From a virus (Duplodnaviria > Caudoviricetes), in the IMG/VR virus record IMGVR_UViG_3300034190_001683, positions 1 through 60,243 of that record: a stretch of 60,243 nt of DNA, one strand, 5' to 3'. The notes below the pieces were generated by a model. It saw nothing but the letters and a program-made list of their open reading frames with translations, was not told where the DNA came from and did no database searches. Shown here one piece after another: positions 30,451 through 40,706 of this stretch (the stretch's first letter is position 1; each line of letters opens with the position of its first letter). The translations under genes were made by a program, and so were the position numbers.

Positions 30451-30469
30451 TTCACTCTCCCATAGTTAA

Positions 30470-30856
30470 TTAAGTTTTTCTACGAACTGTTACAGCATAA
30501 CGACTGTCCACATTAAGTCCCGGAGGTAACTTGTCAGGATTCTCCTGTAAAAACTGACTCATGTTGGATTGCGCTATGCGCTTCTCTAGTAACTCTAACG
30601 CATTGTTATCTTTTATAAACTCATACATAGATTGCCAATCAGCCGTATGGTATCTCTTCGATATACGTCTTGTTACCGTGCCATAATCTGTGCGTAAACT
30701 TTCCGCACCTGTATCTTTACAAACTTCAAGAAGTTCGTTTTCTATCACACGTAAAGCTTCTTTCAACTCTTCGTCTTTCTTTTCAAACTCGCTTTTAAGA
30801 TCAGCACGTTTGTCCCGAATCTTTACGTAGACTTTTACTAGCTTATCTACTTTCAT
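30470..30856 (-). CDS. Coiled-coil phage replication-module protein
   Basis: ORF track; GGAGGAGG RBS. Confidence 0.75.
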   Translation of the reverse strand: MKVDKLVKVYVKIRDKRADLKSEFEKKDEELKEALRVIENELLEVCKDTGAESLRTDYGTVTRRISKRYHTADWQSMYEFIKDNNALELLEKRIAQSNMSQFLQENPDKLPPGLNVDSRYAVTVRRKT

Positions 30857-30887
30857 TTACCCTCCTCCATTTAAAACACGTATATAA

Positions 30888-30916
30888 ATACTACAACCTA
30901 CTTTATACATTGTCAA
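30888..30916 (-). promoter_or_regulatory. Sigma70 promoter TTGACA-N17-TAGTAT
   Basis: Perfect -35 with 17-nt spacer upstream of 30856. Confidence 0.7.
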
Positions 30917-32460
30917 TCATCTTCTAAAATATTTTTATATAAATCGACAAGTTTATTATGTACATCAATTTTTGACTGTAGCATTTTGTACATTTTCTTT
31001 TCTGCATGAGACCCTTGTAAGTGTACGACAGTACATGGATTCTTTTGACCTGCCCTGTGTACTCTTGCGTTTGCTTGTAAATACGTTTCTACAGACATGA
31101 CAGCAGACCAATACACCACCACGTTTGCGGCGTGGAGCGTTACTCCATGCGATGCGGCTTGTGGTTGTATGACTAATATTCTTGGGTCTTTTGTTGTTTG
31201 GAATCTATTAAATATATCTGTTCTATTGTTTACAGATACTCCCCCATGTATCACATCACACGTATACTTGTTTTTAAGTAGATAGTCTTCTATTAAATTT
31301 ATTGCATGACGGTAGGGTGCAAACACAATAACTTTGTGACTTGCTTCATCAATAACTTCGGTCAACACTTGTAGTCTATTAGATACATCAAACTCTACTG
31401 TATCTCCATTATCCGTGTATACCGCACCACAAGATAATTGTAGGAGTTTGTTTAAGTTTGCAGCGGCATTAACAGAAGTTATTTCTTCTCCGGCTGCGAT
31501 AGTCATCATATCTTTTCTCATGCGTTCATAATACTTAGACTGTTGTTTTGTAAGAGGAATTTTCCTAGTTGTGTAGGTCATGTCTGGTAAATCCAAACAA
31601 TCTTTTTTTGTAAATCGTATCGCAGGTTGTAAAGCCTTGTGAACTACATCCTCTGCTTTTTCTTTTGGTAGCCATATAAATTGAGATACTTTATACATGA
31701 CAAGATCTTTGAACGTACCGAAATATTTAGGTACATTAGCGGGGTTTATAATTCTAGCCAAACCATACGCATCTGTGGGAGATTGCGATGCAGGTGTACC
31801 TGTCAGCATCCATACCCATGTATGTGGTTTTATTATCGAGTTTAGTATCTTCCATCTTTTTGTAGTAACCGTTTTATATGCGTTTGCTTCGTCTACTACT
31901 ATAAGGTCAAACTCATTGTTATTTACTGCATCTCGTATAATCTGCAATCCATCATAGTTACATATTACAAACTCAGCATCAGAGTTTACGACCTCTATCC
32001 TTTTTTCTCGTGAATAGCTATGGGCTATCGCTACCGACCTATGGATAGCAAATTTAAATAAGTCTCCACCCCACGCAGATTGCATGATAGATAGAGGACA
32101 TAGCACTAAAACTCTTTTGATAAACCCTAGTTTCATTAAATAATCAGCCGCCCATATTACACTAGCTGTTTTGCCCGTACCTTGTTCGTTAAAAACAAAC
32201 GCACGACGATTTAATGTTAGGAATGAGGATGTTTCTTTTTGATGTTCAAATGGTTTGTATTTACCACCCCATTTATAATTTCTACATATGGGACTGGGGA
32301 CGTTTTTTATTTTTAGATTTTTTAAAACTTGTGCTTCTTCTAAACCCCAATTTACTAATACTTCGTTAGAAGAAAGTGATTTGCTTTTTGGTATTACCTC
32401 TGTGATCTTATTAGGCTGTCGTACTTTTAGTAGCAAAGCCTTGTTGTCTATGATCTCCAT
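30913..32460 (-). CDS. SNF2-family (SF2) helicase
   Basis: QGTGKT, VDEA, LTGTP, QANARVHRAGQ motifs; AAGGAGAG RBS before ATG 32460. Confidence 0.92.
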   Translation of the reverse strand: MEIIDNKALLLKVRQPNKITEVIPKSKSLSSNEVLVNWGLEEAQVLKNLKIKNVPSPICRNYKWGGKYKPFEHQKETSSFLTLNRRAFVFNEQGTGKTASVIWAADYLMKLGFIKRVLVLCPLSIMQSAWGGDLFKFAIHRSVAIAHSYSREKRIEVVNSDAEFVICNYDGLQIIRDAVNNNEFDLIVVDEANAYKTVTTKRWKILNSIIKPHTWVWMLTGTPASQSPTDAYGLARIINPANVPKYFGTFKDLVMYKVSQFIWLPKEKAEDVVHKALQPAIRFTKKDCLDLPDMTYTTRKIPLTKQQSKYYERMRKDMMTIAAGEEITSVNAAANLNKLLQLSCGAVYTDNGDTVEFDVSNRLQVLTEVIDEASHKVIVFAPYRHAINLIEDYLLKNKYTCDVIHGGVSVNNRTDIFNRFQTTKDPRILVIQPQAASHGVTLHAANVVVYWSAVMSVETYLQANARVHRAGQKNPCTVVHLQGSHAEKKMYKMLQSKIDVHNKLVDLYKNILEDD

Positions 32461-32520
32461 CGTACTCTCCTTTCTATACACGTACAGACCAAAGTAACAT
32501 TTTTACTTAGTCAGAGGACA

Positions 32521-32796
32521 TTATACCTTTTTCTTTTTATAATTACGAGATCTATTTTTCTTTTTGGATTCTATTTTATATCCGTCTTTGTTTGTGCCAC
32601 CTTTACTCAACGGTTTACTGTGGGATATATCTTTACCCTCACGTTTGTCTGCTTTTCCGTTTTTGTTTCTGTCAGGATATTTTTTATCCATAGCACGTCT
32701 AGCACGTTGACGTTCCATTCGATCTTTGTGTTCGCCACGTTTCTTCTGCATCTTGTATTCGTGCTTGTATGGTCTTTGCTTCTTTGTATAAGGCAT
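32521..32796 (-). CDS. Small basic HNH-like protein
   Basis: KDISHSKPLSKGG.N...NRSRN resembles the beta-beta-alpha HNH motif. Confidence 0.6.
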   Translation of the reverse strand: MPYTKKQRPYKHEYKMQKKRGEHKDRMERQRARRAMDKKYPDRNKNGKADKREGKDISHSKPLSKGGTNKDGYKIESKKKNRSRNYKKKKV

Positions 32797-33012
32797 AATA
32801 TTTATTCTTCTCTAGTTTATGTTTTCTACTCATTAAATGAAAATAGTGAACAACTTTGTGGTTAGGAAAATCATTCATAAAAAACAACATAGCAAAATTA
32901 CTCTTAGGGACTAAATACCTACTTACCTTAATTTTTTCATCCCCAAATTTGTGGAATATAACTATGTTATGTAACCACCTTTCAACCACCGTCGTATATT
33001 TTTTCCCCACTT

Positions 33013-33690
33013 TTAATCTGCTCTTCCATTGTGAGGACAACTTAATACAGCGCAATAATTTTTACAAGTGAAGTTTGGTTTAGCGTTCCACGTGTTTGAT
33101 TTAAAAGAGTCTTCTAAATTATCTGTATTCTCAAACCAATACGACCAACTTTCGTCCTGATCTTCTGCCTTGTAATTGGCTTTTATAAACTCTTTGGATA
33201 TGACAAACAGTAAACCTGCCTTCACTTTCTTTATTTTAGGGAAATGTTTAAAGATTGCCAAGGATAATATTTCTAATTGTTTAATATCCGCATACTTACT
33301 GCTTTTTCCTGTTTTATAATCAATGAGATACGCTTTATCGTCTCCTAAAACTATTAGGTCTGCGATACCTCTCCACCACACGTTTTTATCAAAAAACCCA
33401 CAAGGTTCAAGATCTCTGGTCAAACCCATGCGATATTCGCACAATCTGTCTCCCTGTATTTCTTTTAGTTTAGCCAACATACCACCCAAGTAGCTTAGTT
33501 CTTCTGGTAGTGATACATTTTCTTTTAGATGGTCTTCGGCTACTTTGTGTACCCTGTTACCAAATGTAAGTGCCTCTGTCTGTGGTTCTTCGACATCTTT
33601 TACAACTTTCAAATGATAGTATTTCTTAGGACACATTTTGTACATACTCAATGCCGAGTATGACCACGAATATTTTTTAGGTGTCTCCAT
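33013..33690 (-). CDS. PD-(D/E)XK exonuclease (Cas4/RecB-like)
   Basis: WSYS...CP, GIADL, IDYKTG, QL and C-terminal C...C....C. Confidence 0.88.
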   Translation of the reverse strand: METPKKYSWSYSALSMYKMCPKKYYHLKVVKDVEEPQTEALTFGNRVHKVAEDHLKENVSLPEELSYLGGMLAKLKEIQGDRLCEYRMGLTRDLEPCGFFDKNVWWRGIADLIVLGDDKAYLIDYKTGKSSKYADIKQLEILSLAIFKHFPKIKKVKAGLLFVISKEFIKANYKAEDQDESWSYWFENTDNLEDSFKSNTWNAKPNFTCKNYCAVLSCPHNGRAD

Positions 33691-35497
33691 AACTTTTACC
33701 TGAGCCTAGTTCACAATCGAGAGGTAGATCTTTGCACCAACTAGGGCGCCACTTCATACATTCTTCAACATATGCTAATCCCTCATCTACCTCTTCTTCT
33801 TTTACGATACAGGCAACAGCATCGTGTACTGTCAACACTACTTTATACCTATTAGATATTCTAGCCATTTGTTGAGCAACAACACACCGTGCCAAAGCCT
33901 GACATACATTCTCTATAAGTTTACCACCATATATACTTGTTGTGGTATCTTTCGTCTTATAAGAATATTGAGCTAGTCCATTCTTATTTGTTGTGATATG
34001 AAGTCCTTTGTATCTTTGCCATAGTTTATTCGGTAATTGAAATCCTTCTTCGGTTGGGTCAAATAGTAATGCGCCCTCTCTACCTAAAGTGTTTCCTGTT
34101 CTATCCAAGATACTTTGTAAACACCTGTCAGCTTGTCTCCACAACTCTGATATTTTGTCATATTTGGATCTGTAAACCTCAACGATATAACGACACTCAT
34201 CCTGAGATACATCTACACCAAATGTTTTTAATTGGTCTCTAAAACGCACCGCACCCATACCATAACCACAGCCAAGAATCGTAGTCTTACCTACAAACCG
34301 TTCTTCTTTTTTTATTTCTTCGACTGGTTTACCATAGATAGACTTCGCCATAATTTTATATACATCTTCTCCATTTTCAAAAGCTTCTACTAAATCATCT
34401 TGTTCAGCTAACCACGCTAATATCCTAGCTTCTATCTGAGAAGAGTCTGCATCTATAATTGTGTAACCTTCCATCGGAATAATTGACTTCTTTAACTTGT
34501 TTGCGTTTTCTCCACGTGAGGGTAAGTTTTGTAAATTTATTTTGTCGTCTCCTCCCCACCTGCCTGTATGCGCCGCATAGTATCTCAAGGGAACTGGCAT
34601 CAAGCCTCTGTTTGCTATATCAATAAATCTCTGTGTTCTGGTTTCTTCAAGAGTAGTCTTGTTAGCTAAACGTGCGCTAACTAAATCACGTACATTCTCA
34701 TTCTCATGTTCTGCTAACTTTTTAAACTCTTCGTCAGTTTTCGCAAATGCCCATGCTTCCTTACCAGTACGTGCAGATATCTTTTTGGGAGGTTCTACAT
34801 ATTTACCCAGCAGAACTGCAAATTTATCATTACTCATGAGATCTTCTTTTGATACATTTGCTTTTTCCAGCAGCGAAAGCTTTTTCTTTGATATCTCTTG
34901 TAGATGACTTGTCAGGAGTTCAACATTAAGCCTTAATCCCGGTTCAGTAAACATCTTCAATGTTATGTCTATAATCTTGAGTTCTTTTGTCGGGAATCCA
35001 GTATGTAGATGGGTGAATAAATCATAAGTAAGTTGTACGTCGTTGCGACAATACTGAGCATACTGTTCTAATTCAGATGGAGTAAAATCTAGTCTGCGTT
35101 TACCTAGCGCTTCGTGTACTTCCAAACCTTTTTCGCCAAGGTTATATTTCTTAGCCAAGTTCGCAAGACTAGCAGATTCAAATACACCGTTTACAGCACG
35201 TGCCATACACAATGTATCTAGCAGTTTGTATGGGTGTATATCAAAATACCAAGACAGAATCGCCCCATCAAACATAGTGTTGTGTGCCAACACCATAGCG
35301 TTATCCCAATCAAATTGAGACAACCATTCTTTTGTTTCTTCTTTAGTTCCAGAAAACCATTGAGTGTTTTCTTCATCAACTTTTAACGCAACACCAACTA
35401 CCTCAAACCTCTCGTCACGTATGTATTCTTCTGTGGTTAATTTAACTAAACTAAATTTTTTATCGTAATAAGTTTCAAAGTCTATTGTTATCAGCAT
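33677..35497 (-). CDS. polA: DNA polymerase family A with 3'-5' exonuclease
   Basis: DFET, AHN..FD, YC.ND exonuclease motifs; HTGRW, NLQNLP, DSSQIEAR, K...LG..YG, VHD polymerase motifs. Confidence 0.95.
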   Translation of the reverse strand: MLITIDFETYYDKKFSLVKLTTEEYIRDERFEVVGVALKVDEENTQWFSGTKEETKEWLSQFDWDNAMVLAHNTMFDGAILSWYFDIHPYKLLDTLCMARAVNGVFESASLANLAKKYNLGEKGLEVHEALGKRRLDFTPSELEQYAQYCRNDVQLTYDLFTHLHTGFPTKELKIIDITLKMFTEPGLRLNVELLTSHLQEISKKKLSLLEKANVSKEDLMSNDKFAVLLGKYVEPPKKISARTGKEAWAFAKTDEEFKKLAEHENENVRDLVSARLANKTTLEETRTQRFIDIANRGLMPVPLRYYAAHTGRWGGDDKINLQNLPSRGENANKLKKSIIPMEGYTIIDADSSQIEARILAWLAEQDDLVEAFENGEDVYKIMAKSIYGKPVEEIKKEERFVGKTTILGCGYGMGAVRFRDQLKTFGVDVSQDECRYIVEVYRSKYDKISELWRQADRCLQSILDRTGNTLGREGALLFDPTEEGFQLPNKLWQRYKGLHITTNKNGLAQYSYKTKDTTTSIYGGKLIENVCQALARCVVAQQMARISNRYKVVLTVHDAVACIVKEEEVDEGLAYVEECMKWRPSWCKDLPLDCELGSGKSYGDT

Positions 35498-35720
35498 CTC
35501 GGACAATCGAATAAAAATTGGTTGGTTTTTTAGACTCCCCCATCATGTGGGTATACCGAACATAGATAATATTATGTTCAAGCAAGATAGGCAAGTATCG
35601 TCTTATACTTCTCACACTCAGTTTTAATCTTTGTGCTAACTGCTTTACAGACAATGCGTAGTTCCTTTCCAAACATCGAAACACTTGCAACTGTCTACTC
35701 GTATGAGGTCTCCTCATCAC
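35475..35720 (-). CDS. Winged-HTH protein
   Basis: LSVKQLAQRLKLSVRSIRRYLPIL. Confidence 0.7.
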   Translation of the reverse strand: MMRRPHTSRQLQVFRCLERNYALSVKQLAQRLKLSVRSIRRYLPILLEHNIIYVRYTHMMGESKKPTNFYSIVRDADNNRL

Positions 35721-36003
35721 GTATACTCCTTAACATATATTCTACATCACTTATGTTGTTTTCGTTAATTATCATAGCCATACCACCTGCACTCATGATG
35801 TCAGATAAGTTCTTGTTTTGTAGAGCAGTAGGTTTGTTTCCTTTTGCTTTACACTCGATACCAAAAAATATACCACGATAACAACCAACGATATCAGGCA
35901 CACCACTTCTACCATAACCACCTGTCATAGGATAGAAATAGTATGCCTTGTGTTCTTTCAGTATCGCTACTACTTTGTTTTTAACTTTCTTCTCAGGTGT
36001 CAT
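35695..36003 (-). CDS. VRR-NUC nuclease
   Basis: PEKKVK, GVPDI, IECKA, PTALQ motifs. Confidence 0.88.
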   Translation of the reverse strand: MTPEKKVKNKVVAILKEHKAYYFYPMTGGYGRSGVPDIVGCYRGIFFGIECKAKGNKPTALQNKNLSDIMSAGGMAMIINENNISDVEYMLRSIRDEETSYE

Positions 36004-36263
36004 TTTTCTAAGTGTTCAATTAAATACGACAACACGTGATGCGCTTTCTTAATGTCTTGTAGTCCACCCTTACCTTCGATGTCTTTAACATTGACTCGTG
36101 ATAAATAATGAATCGTTGTACCGAGTAGGTAGCCTTTGAACTGCGCCGGGGAAAGCCAAGACTTCAACACCTCCCAAGGTGTTATTGTAAGGTTGGTATA
36201 GTGCGAACCACCAATCTGCTTGTCTCCTGCTTTTTCTTCTTTGTCTTTAAATATCATCACCAC
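36000..36263 (-). CDS. DUF3310-like (T7 gp1.7/SaV-like) protein
   Basis: QIGGSHY...G....Y..R...KGG.QDIKKA. Confidence 0.75.
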   Translation of the reverse strand: MVMIFKDKEEKAGDKQIGGSHYTNLTITPWEVLKSWLSPAQFKGYLLGTTIHYLSRVNVKDIEGKGGLQDIKKAHHVLSYLIEHLEK

Positions 36264-36429
36264 CTCCTTCTAGTTTTTCAAATTTACTAACTACAACTTT
36301 TTTGATTAAATCATTTAGCACGTACTCGTACCCCAAGTCTTTTAGATACTCTGCAAACTCTTCAACAGACATTTCCAAAACCTCATCATGTAAAGACTCA
36401 ATGATATTCTGATTCACATCGTTACTCAT
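36247..36429 (-). CDS. Hypothetical protein
   Basis: ORF track; GAGGAGG RBS before ATG 36429. Confidence 0.6.
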   Translation of the reverse strand: MSNDVNQNIIESLHDEVLEMSVEEFAEYLKDLGYEYVLNDLIKKVVVSKFEKLEGGGDDI

Positions 36430-36439
36430 ACACCCTCCT

Positions 36440-36592
36440 CTAAAATAAACAATCGTCAAGTTCGCTCATCAACTTCTTAATACGTTCACGTTCTTTTTTG
36501 TTCTCTTCACGTTTTTGTTTTTGTTCTAACTTACTAACATACTCAGGGTCGATTTCTTTTAGCAATTTTATTTCTTCTTCATCTATCTGCAT
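36440..36592 (-). CDS. Small charged hypothetical protein (50 aa)
   Basis: Hand-translated MQIDEEEIK...LDDCLF; fills the gap. Confidence 0.5.
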   Translation of the reverse strand: MQIDEEEIKLLKEIDPEYVSKLEQKQKREENKKERERIKKLMSELDDCLF

Positions 36593-36616
36593 GTTGGTTT
36601 ATATGTATACGTTTTT

Positions 36617-37441
36617 TCATTGTCCCATGTTCCTCACAGTAGTTAAGTCTCCCTCAAAAGCATGAGTGCCAATATGTTTCAAATGAATACTAAGGTCTAC
36701 AAAAACCTTACCACCATGCTTTGCCCACAACTCACAGAAGTGATAGTCCTCAGATAGTAACGCTCCTGTATCATCTATACTCGTGTCAAAATATTGTCGT
36801 ACGAGTGGTTTTATATATTTACCTGTTGGGTCTTGAAGTGTTGATGACCTGTATTCTGGCACGTGTTGTTCTAACTTCTCAAACACTTCTCGTTTAATCA
36901 TCATAAACCCTGTACCTGCATGGCGTACTTCTAATAAACCCTTGCTGTCTAGTTCTACTTTTGTTTTACCATGAGGTAGGTTGAGTACGAATTGCGATGC
37001 GTAGTAACTTAAATCTTTTCTGTTCATCTGAACAGCTTGTCTAACTCTATCCCAGTCAATCTCTTTTTTAGGATACAAAGCACAAACGATATCTCTGTCA
37101 GCATCAAGTAATCTACTCACAGCATCAGCTTCAAAATACATATCCGCATCAATAAACATCAGGTGTGTGCAGTCGGTGTTCTTTAGGAACATACGTACCA
37201 ACTCGTTTCTGGCTCTTGTAATTAAAGACTCATTCATCAAGTTAGCAAGAAACGCTTCAACTTTTCGTTCTCGTAAATTATTTATGGTGTTTATTGTTGC
37301 GATTGTGTAGTGCCCTGTACACATACCACCATACATAGGTGTAGCTATGAGGATTGATTTTTCTTTTGTTTGTTCTCCTACATTCAAACCCATTTCAGAA
37401 ACATAATCCCCAATCGTAAATGGCTTATCTTCTACTTGCAT
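36617..37441 (-). CDS. GT-A fold glycosyltransferase-like protein
   Basis: ILIATPMYGG, ESLITRARN, MFIDAD (DxD), GTGFMMIKR, LSEDY.FC. Confidence 0.8.
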   Translation of the reverse strand: MQVEDKPFTIGDYVSEMGLNVGEQTKEKSILIATPMYGGMCTGHYTIATINTINNLRERKVEAFLANLMNESLITRARNELVRMFLKNTDCTHLMFIDADMYFEADAVSRLLDADRDIVCALYPKKEIDWDRVRQAVQMNRKDLSYYASQFVLNLPHGKTKVELDSKGLLEVRHAGTGFMMIKREVFEKLEQHVPEYRSSTLQDPTGKYIKPLVRQYFDTSIDDTGALLSEDYHFCELWAKHGGKVFVDLSIHLKHIGTHAFEGDLTTVRNMGQ

Positions 37442-37641
37442 TATCTCTCTCCTTGGTCTAATCCTTCCCAATCCATACGAATCCTATCCAACAACAAAAT
37501 CATATCGCTTTTTGTTTTTATGTCGTGCTTTTCAACACGCCCTGTGTCGGGACAAAATTCCTTCATACATTTTTCAGCTTCACGCTTTGAACTAAATGCC
37601 TGAAAAATACCGCTACCTGCATCGCAAACATAAATAATCAT
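37441..37641 (-). CDS. Hypothetical protein
   Basis: ORF track; tight packing. Confidence 0.55.
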   Translation of the reverse strand: MIIYVCDAGSGIFQAFSSKREAEKCMKEFCPDTGRVEKHDIKTKSDMILLLDRIRMDWEGLDQGER

Positions 37642-37656
37642 ACCCTACCCCTTCCA

Positions 37657-37875
37657 TTAATGGTCTTTATATAAAAACATACACATATGCTCTTTCATCA
37701 GCCACGGATAATCATTTATGTCACGCTCTGCATGACCGAGTCTGTAGCCATCGTCTTTACCAACTGTGTAAGCTTCTGTCCATAAGTCAAACGTATCGCC
37801 ATTGTATTTATCCATGAACACCCAACAAATAAATACACCCAAAACAAACGTAATGCTAGGTAATAACTTTGCCAT
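37657..37875 (-). CDS. Small membrane protein
   Basis: N-terminal hydrophobic helix; GGGGAGG RBS. Confidence 0.6.
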   Translation of the reverse strand: MAKLLPSITFVLGVFICWVFMDKYNGDTFDLWTEAYTVGKDDGYRLGHAERDINDYPWLMKEHMCMFLYKDH

Positions 37876-38152
37876 AATACCTCCCCTTTCTCATTGGCGG
37901 TCTCGATACAATAGATGGGTCTATGTCTTGTTTCTTTTTCAATTTAAAATAGTACTTATTTTTGTGTCCCCTATCTTCTTGTACACAAATTAAAAACCCA
38001 TCATCAACTAACTCTTTCATAACAGACCTAGTATGTCCTACGTTTACACCAAGACCTTGTGACACATCAGTAGGATGGTATACGGTATCCTCTGGTCTTC
38101 TTTTTATGTAATCTATTACTCTTTGTTTTACCGACTTCACAAGTTTCTTCAT
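37856..38152 (-). CDS. Winged-HTH-like protein
   Basis: PTDVSQGLGVNVGHTRSVMKELVDDGFL. Confidence 0.6.
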   Translation of the reverse strand: MKKLVKSVKQRVIDYIKRRPEDTVYHPTDVSQGLGVNVGHTRSVMKELVDDGFLICVQEDRGHKNKYYFKLKKKQDIDPSIVSRPPMRKGRYYGKVIT

Positions 38153-38438
38153 CAAGTTCCTCCGTTTGTTTTTCAATTACACGAACTTCTTGTGGTGTGA
38201 GATACACCCAGTATATTTTGTCCGTTAGTTTCCTACCCCATCCTTCTATCTCATCACCCCTATCTATCATATGTAACATACACATTTTAGACCAAAGTAA
38301 ATCAGGAAAAGGAGGGGTGCTTATTTTAAGATTATGGTCTAAGCAAAAGAAAGTACCTGTCTTGTAGGCATCATCAAGATACTCAAACCGGAATCTATAT
38401 TTAAAATAATCTGAACCGTTCATGATTACCTCACACAA
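38067..38438 (-). CDS. Hypothetical protein
   Basis: ORF track. Confidence 0.55.
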   Translation of the reverse strand: MCEVIMNGSDYFKYRFRFEYLDDAYKTGTFFCLDHNLKISTPPFPDLLWSKMCMLHMIDRGDEIEGWGRKLTDKIYWVYLTPQEVRVIEKQTEELDEETCEVGKTKSNRLHKKKTRGYRIPSY

Positions 38439-39627
38439 TCTTTTCAGTTAATACCCAAGAGTTTAGTATATCAATACGCTTACCAAAACCTGCCACAAAG
38501 TCTTCGCCAGACACATCAATCATAGACATACACTTTCTCACACCTTCTGGTAAGTCATCGTATGATTTGTATATATCAGATACAAACTTTGAATCGTCGT
38601 ATCTGTATCCGGCGCAGTTCTTATCGCTATCCCAATGCACACAATTCTTGTACTCATTGTCATAACCACCATAGCCTTTAACTTGTTTTGTATTTTCTAA
38701 GAAAGAATATACCTTGTAAGATTCATCAGACAGTTTCGTAACCCAATACACGTTAAATGGTCTGTTACCGTGTTTAACATACTTCTGATATTTAGGTAAA
38801 CTTTTCTCCAAAACAGATTTTAGTGAGTTAGAAACAAAAGCATCTCTAGGTACGTTGTGATTTGTCATAAGATTTGTAACCTCTTTACACATATCCATAG
38901 TCACACCACAACTCAATCCATCTGCTTCAAAAGACTCAAGTAATTTCTTTTCATAGTCATTTACAGATGATTTAACAGTATTCAAGTTCAGTCCTATAAT
39001 CTCTTCATAGCTGTAGGGGCGTAGATGTTCTGTAACTTCTTTGATAATTTTATTTTTTGTAACAGACCTAGTGTAGTCTTGCCCTCTTTTTTTACGAGGA
39101 CGTAAGTGTGTATAAAGATAATAACTTAGAAATACTTTCCCACTAGATCGAACCTCGTGATTGCTAATTGCTAACTGCATCAATGGTCGTATTGCATTAT
39201 CGTTTGGATGACGTCGCATTGTATCTTCATCAGAAAAATTAGCAATGTACACATCACACCCAGAAGCAGTTGTTAATTTTTTTACAGCATCAGGATTGAA
39301 AAACTTACGGTCAAAAATCCACAGACGAACAGCGGAGTTTATATTGTGTTGGACAAACACATAGTCGTTAATGTTATGGTCAGGTGACCGTTCGATGGTA
39401 TACAACACATCATCTATAAAGTTTTTAACAAGCTTCTTACAGTCAGCTTCGTCTAAGTCTTTGTCACGCTCTGCGTTTGCATACGTAGAGAAACCGTTAT
39501 ATTTTGGGTCTTGTAATACAACCCACCCATCATCATGCGCTATCGTGTCTACAAAACCTAACTCAGATTCTTCGATACAAAAATTAGAAAGACCTGTAGC
39601 TTTATAAGTGTTTTTACGCTCGTTCAT
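38431..39627 (-). CDS. Hypothetical early protein (398 aa)
   Basis: Long ORF with AAGGAGAGC RBS. Confidence 0.85.
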   Translation of the reverse strand: MNERKNTYKATGLSNFCIEESELGFVDTIAHDDGWVVLQDPKYNGFSTYANAERDKDLDEADCKKLVKNFIDDVLYTIERSPDHNINDYVFVQHNINSAVRLWIFDRKFFNPDAVKKLTTASGCDVYIANFSDEDTMRRHPNDNAIRPLMQLAISNHEVRSSGKVFLSYYLYTHLRPRKKRGQDYTRSVTKNKIIKEVTEHLRPYSYEEIIGLNLNTVKSSVNDYEKKLLESFEADGLSCGVTMDMCKEVTNLMTNHNVPRDAFVSNSLKSVLEKSLPKYQKYVKHGNRPFNVYWVTKLSDESYKVYSFLENTKQVKGYGGYDNEYKNCVHWDSDKNCAGYRYDDSKFVSDIYKSYDDLPEGVRKCMSMIDVSGEDFVAGFGKRIDILNSWVLTEKIV

Positions 39628-39647
39628 ATTTGCTCTCCTTTTTAAAA

Positions 39648-40703
39648 TTATTCGTAACTTACGCTATTAACTTTCGTATAATATTTACGACTAGGTTCAA
39701 ATAATACACTCTTCTTATACCCACCATCGGACAACACTTTTACAGTATAATCTGCAACATCCTCAAAAGTAAAGTGTTCACGTTTATGAATACTAAACAA
39801 AGAAAAATAACCACCTTGAGAATCTCTAGCCTGATTAAATAGATGACATAACAATGCAATCAACCTGTTATAGTTCGTTGGGTTGTCTTTAATCTTATCT
39901 ATGTAATCGTAGAAACCTACAGAAGCAAGGTACGCTCCTTCATCTCCGATATCATTATCAAAGTTTTTGGTGTATCCGTCTAAGCCCCAGTAGCGTTGCA
40001 TGGAAAGTTGTATAGCTTCAAGTGGGGGATTACTATTACGCACATACTTACCTGCATACTTCTCATAAAACTTCTCAGAGACAGGTGCGCCACCAGACAT
40101 CTTGTGCATAGACCTGAGATACGTGAGAAGAGGTTTTAGTCTGTCACGTAGCTGTCTCATTCTACCTTGGTCAACCGTATCACGATATATTTTCACAGGT
40201 GCATCTGTAAAGTAAGTGCCTTTGTAATCACTTCCATCATCGCTCTCTGCTCTGTCTGGACTCCAATAGTCATTAGTTTTTACAGGATTACCACGATACA
40301 AATAAAGTGTGTCATCCCCTTCAAGTGGATACTTGATATCCCCTGCGCCTGTTATCCACAACCTATTGTGACGTTTAACACACTCCATGTTAGTGTAGGA
40401 ATTTATAAATTCGGCAGTACAAAGAGTATCCCACCGACCCATGTTAATCTCTACGATACCATCATCACGATAGGTCACAACTTCTGTACTACCAAGACAC
40501 AAGCCAACACAATTTATTGTCTCGTGTGGTGCGCCTTTTCGTTTAAAACTATACGCATTAAAGTAATGGTCATCACGTCTTCTAAGACCGATAGGTCTCA
40601 CGTCTTCTTTTCTACCCCTGATAGGTTTTGTTGTTTCATATAATCTTTTCGCACAATCAAAGCTATCAATTATTTCTCTTGCCGTGTGTCCGTTCCCAAA
40701 CAT
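39648..40703 (-). CDS. Hypothetical early protein (351 aa)
   Basis: Long ORF with AAGGAGAG RBS; N-terminal TKPIRGR..DVRPIG.RR motif. Confidence 0.85.
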   Translation of the reverse strand: MFGNGHTAREIIDSFDCAKRLYETTKPIRGRKEDVRPIGLRRRDDHYFNAYSFKRKGAPHETINCVGLCLGSTEVVTYRDDGIVEINMGRWDTLCTAEFINSYTNMECVKRHNRLWITGAGDIKYPLEGDDTLYLYRGNPVKTNDYWSPDRAESDDGSDYKGTYFTDAPVKIYRDTVDQGRMRQLRDRLKPLLTYLRSMHKMSGGAPVSEKFYEKYAGKYVRNSNPPLEAIQLSMQRYWGLDGYTKNFDNDIGDEGAYLASVGFYDYIDKIKDNPTNYNRLIALLCHLFNQARDSQGGYFSLFSIHKREHFTFEDVADYTVKVLSDGGYKKSVLFEPSRKYYTKVNSVSYE

Positions 40704-40706
40704 ATA

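Noticed and set aside
32699-33055. 118-aa ORF between the nuclease and the HNH-like gene
   Set aside because: It overlaps both neighbours substantially and the start is unclear. A shorter gene from about 33010 is possible but unsupported.
33013-33690. Cas4 as evidence of a CRISPR system
   Set aside because: Stand-alone Cas4-like nucleases beside DNA polymerase are ordinary phage replication genes.
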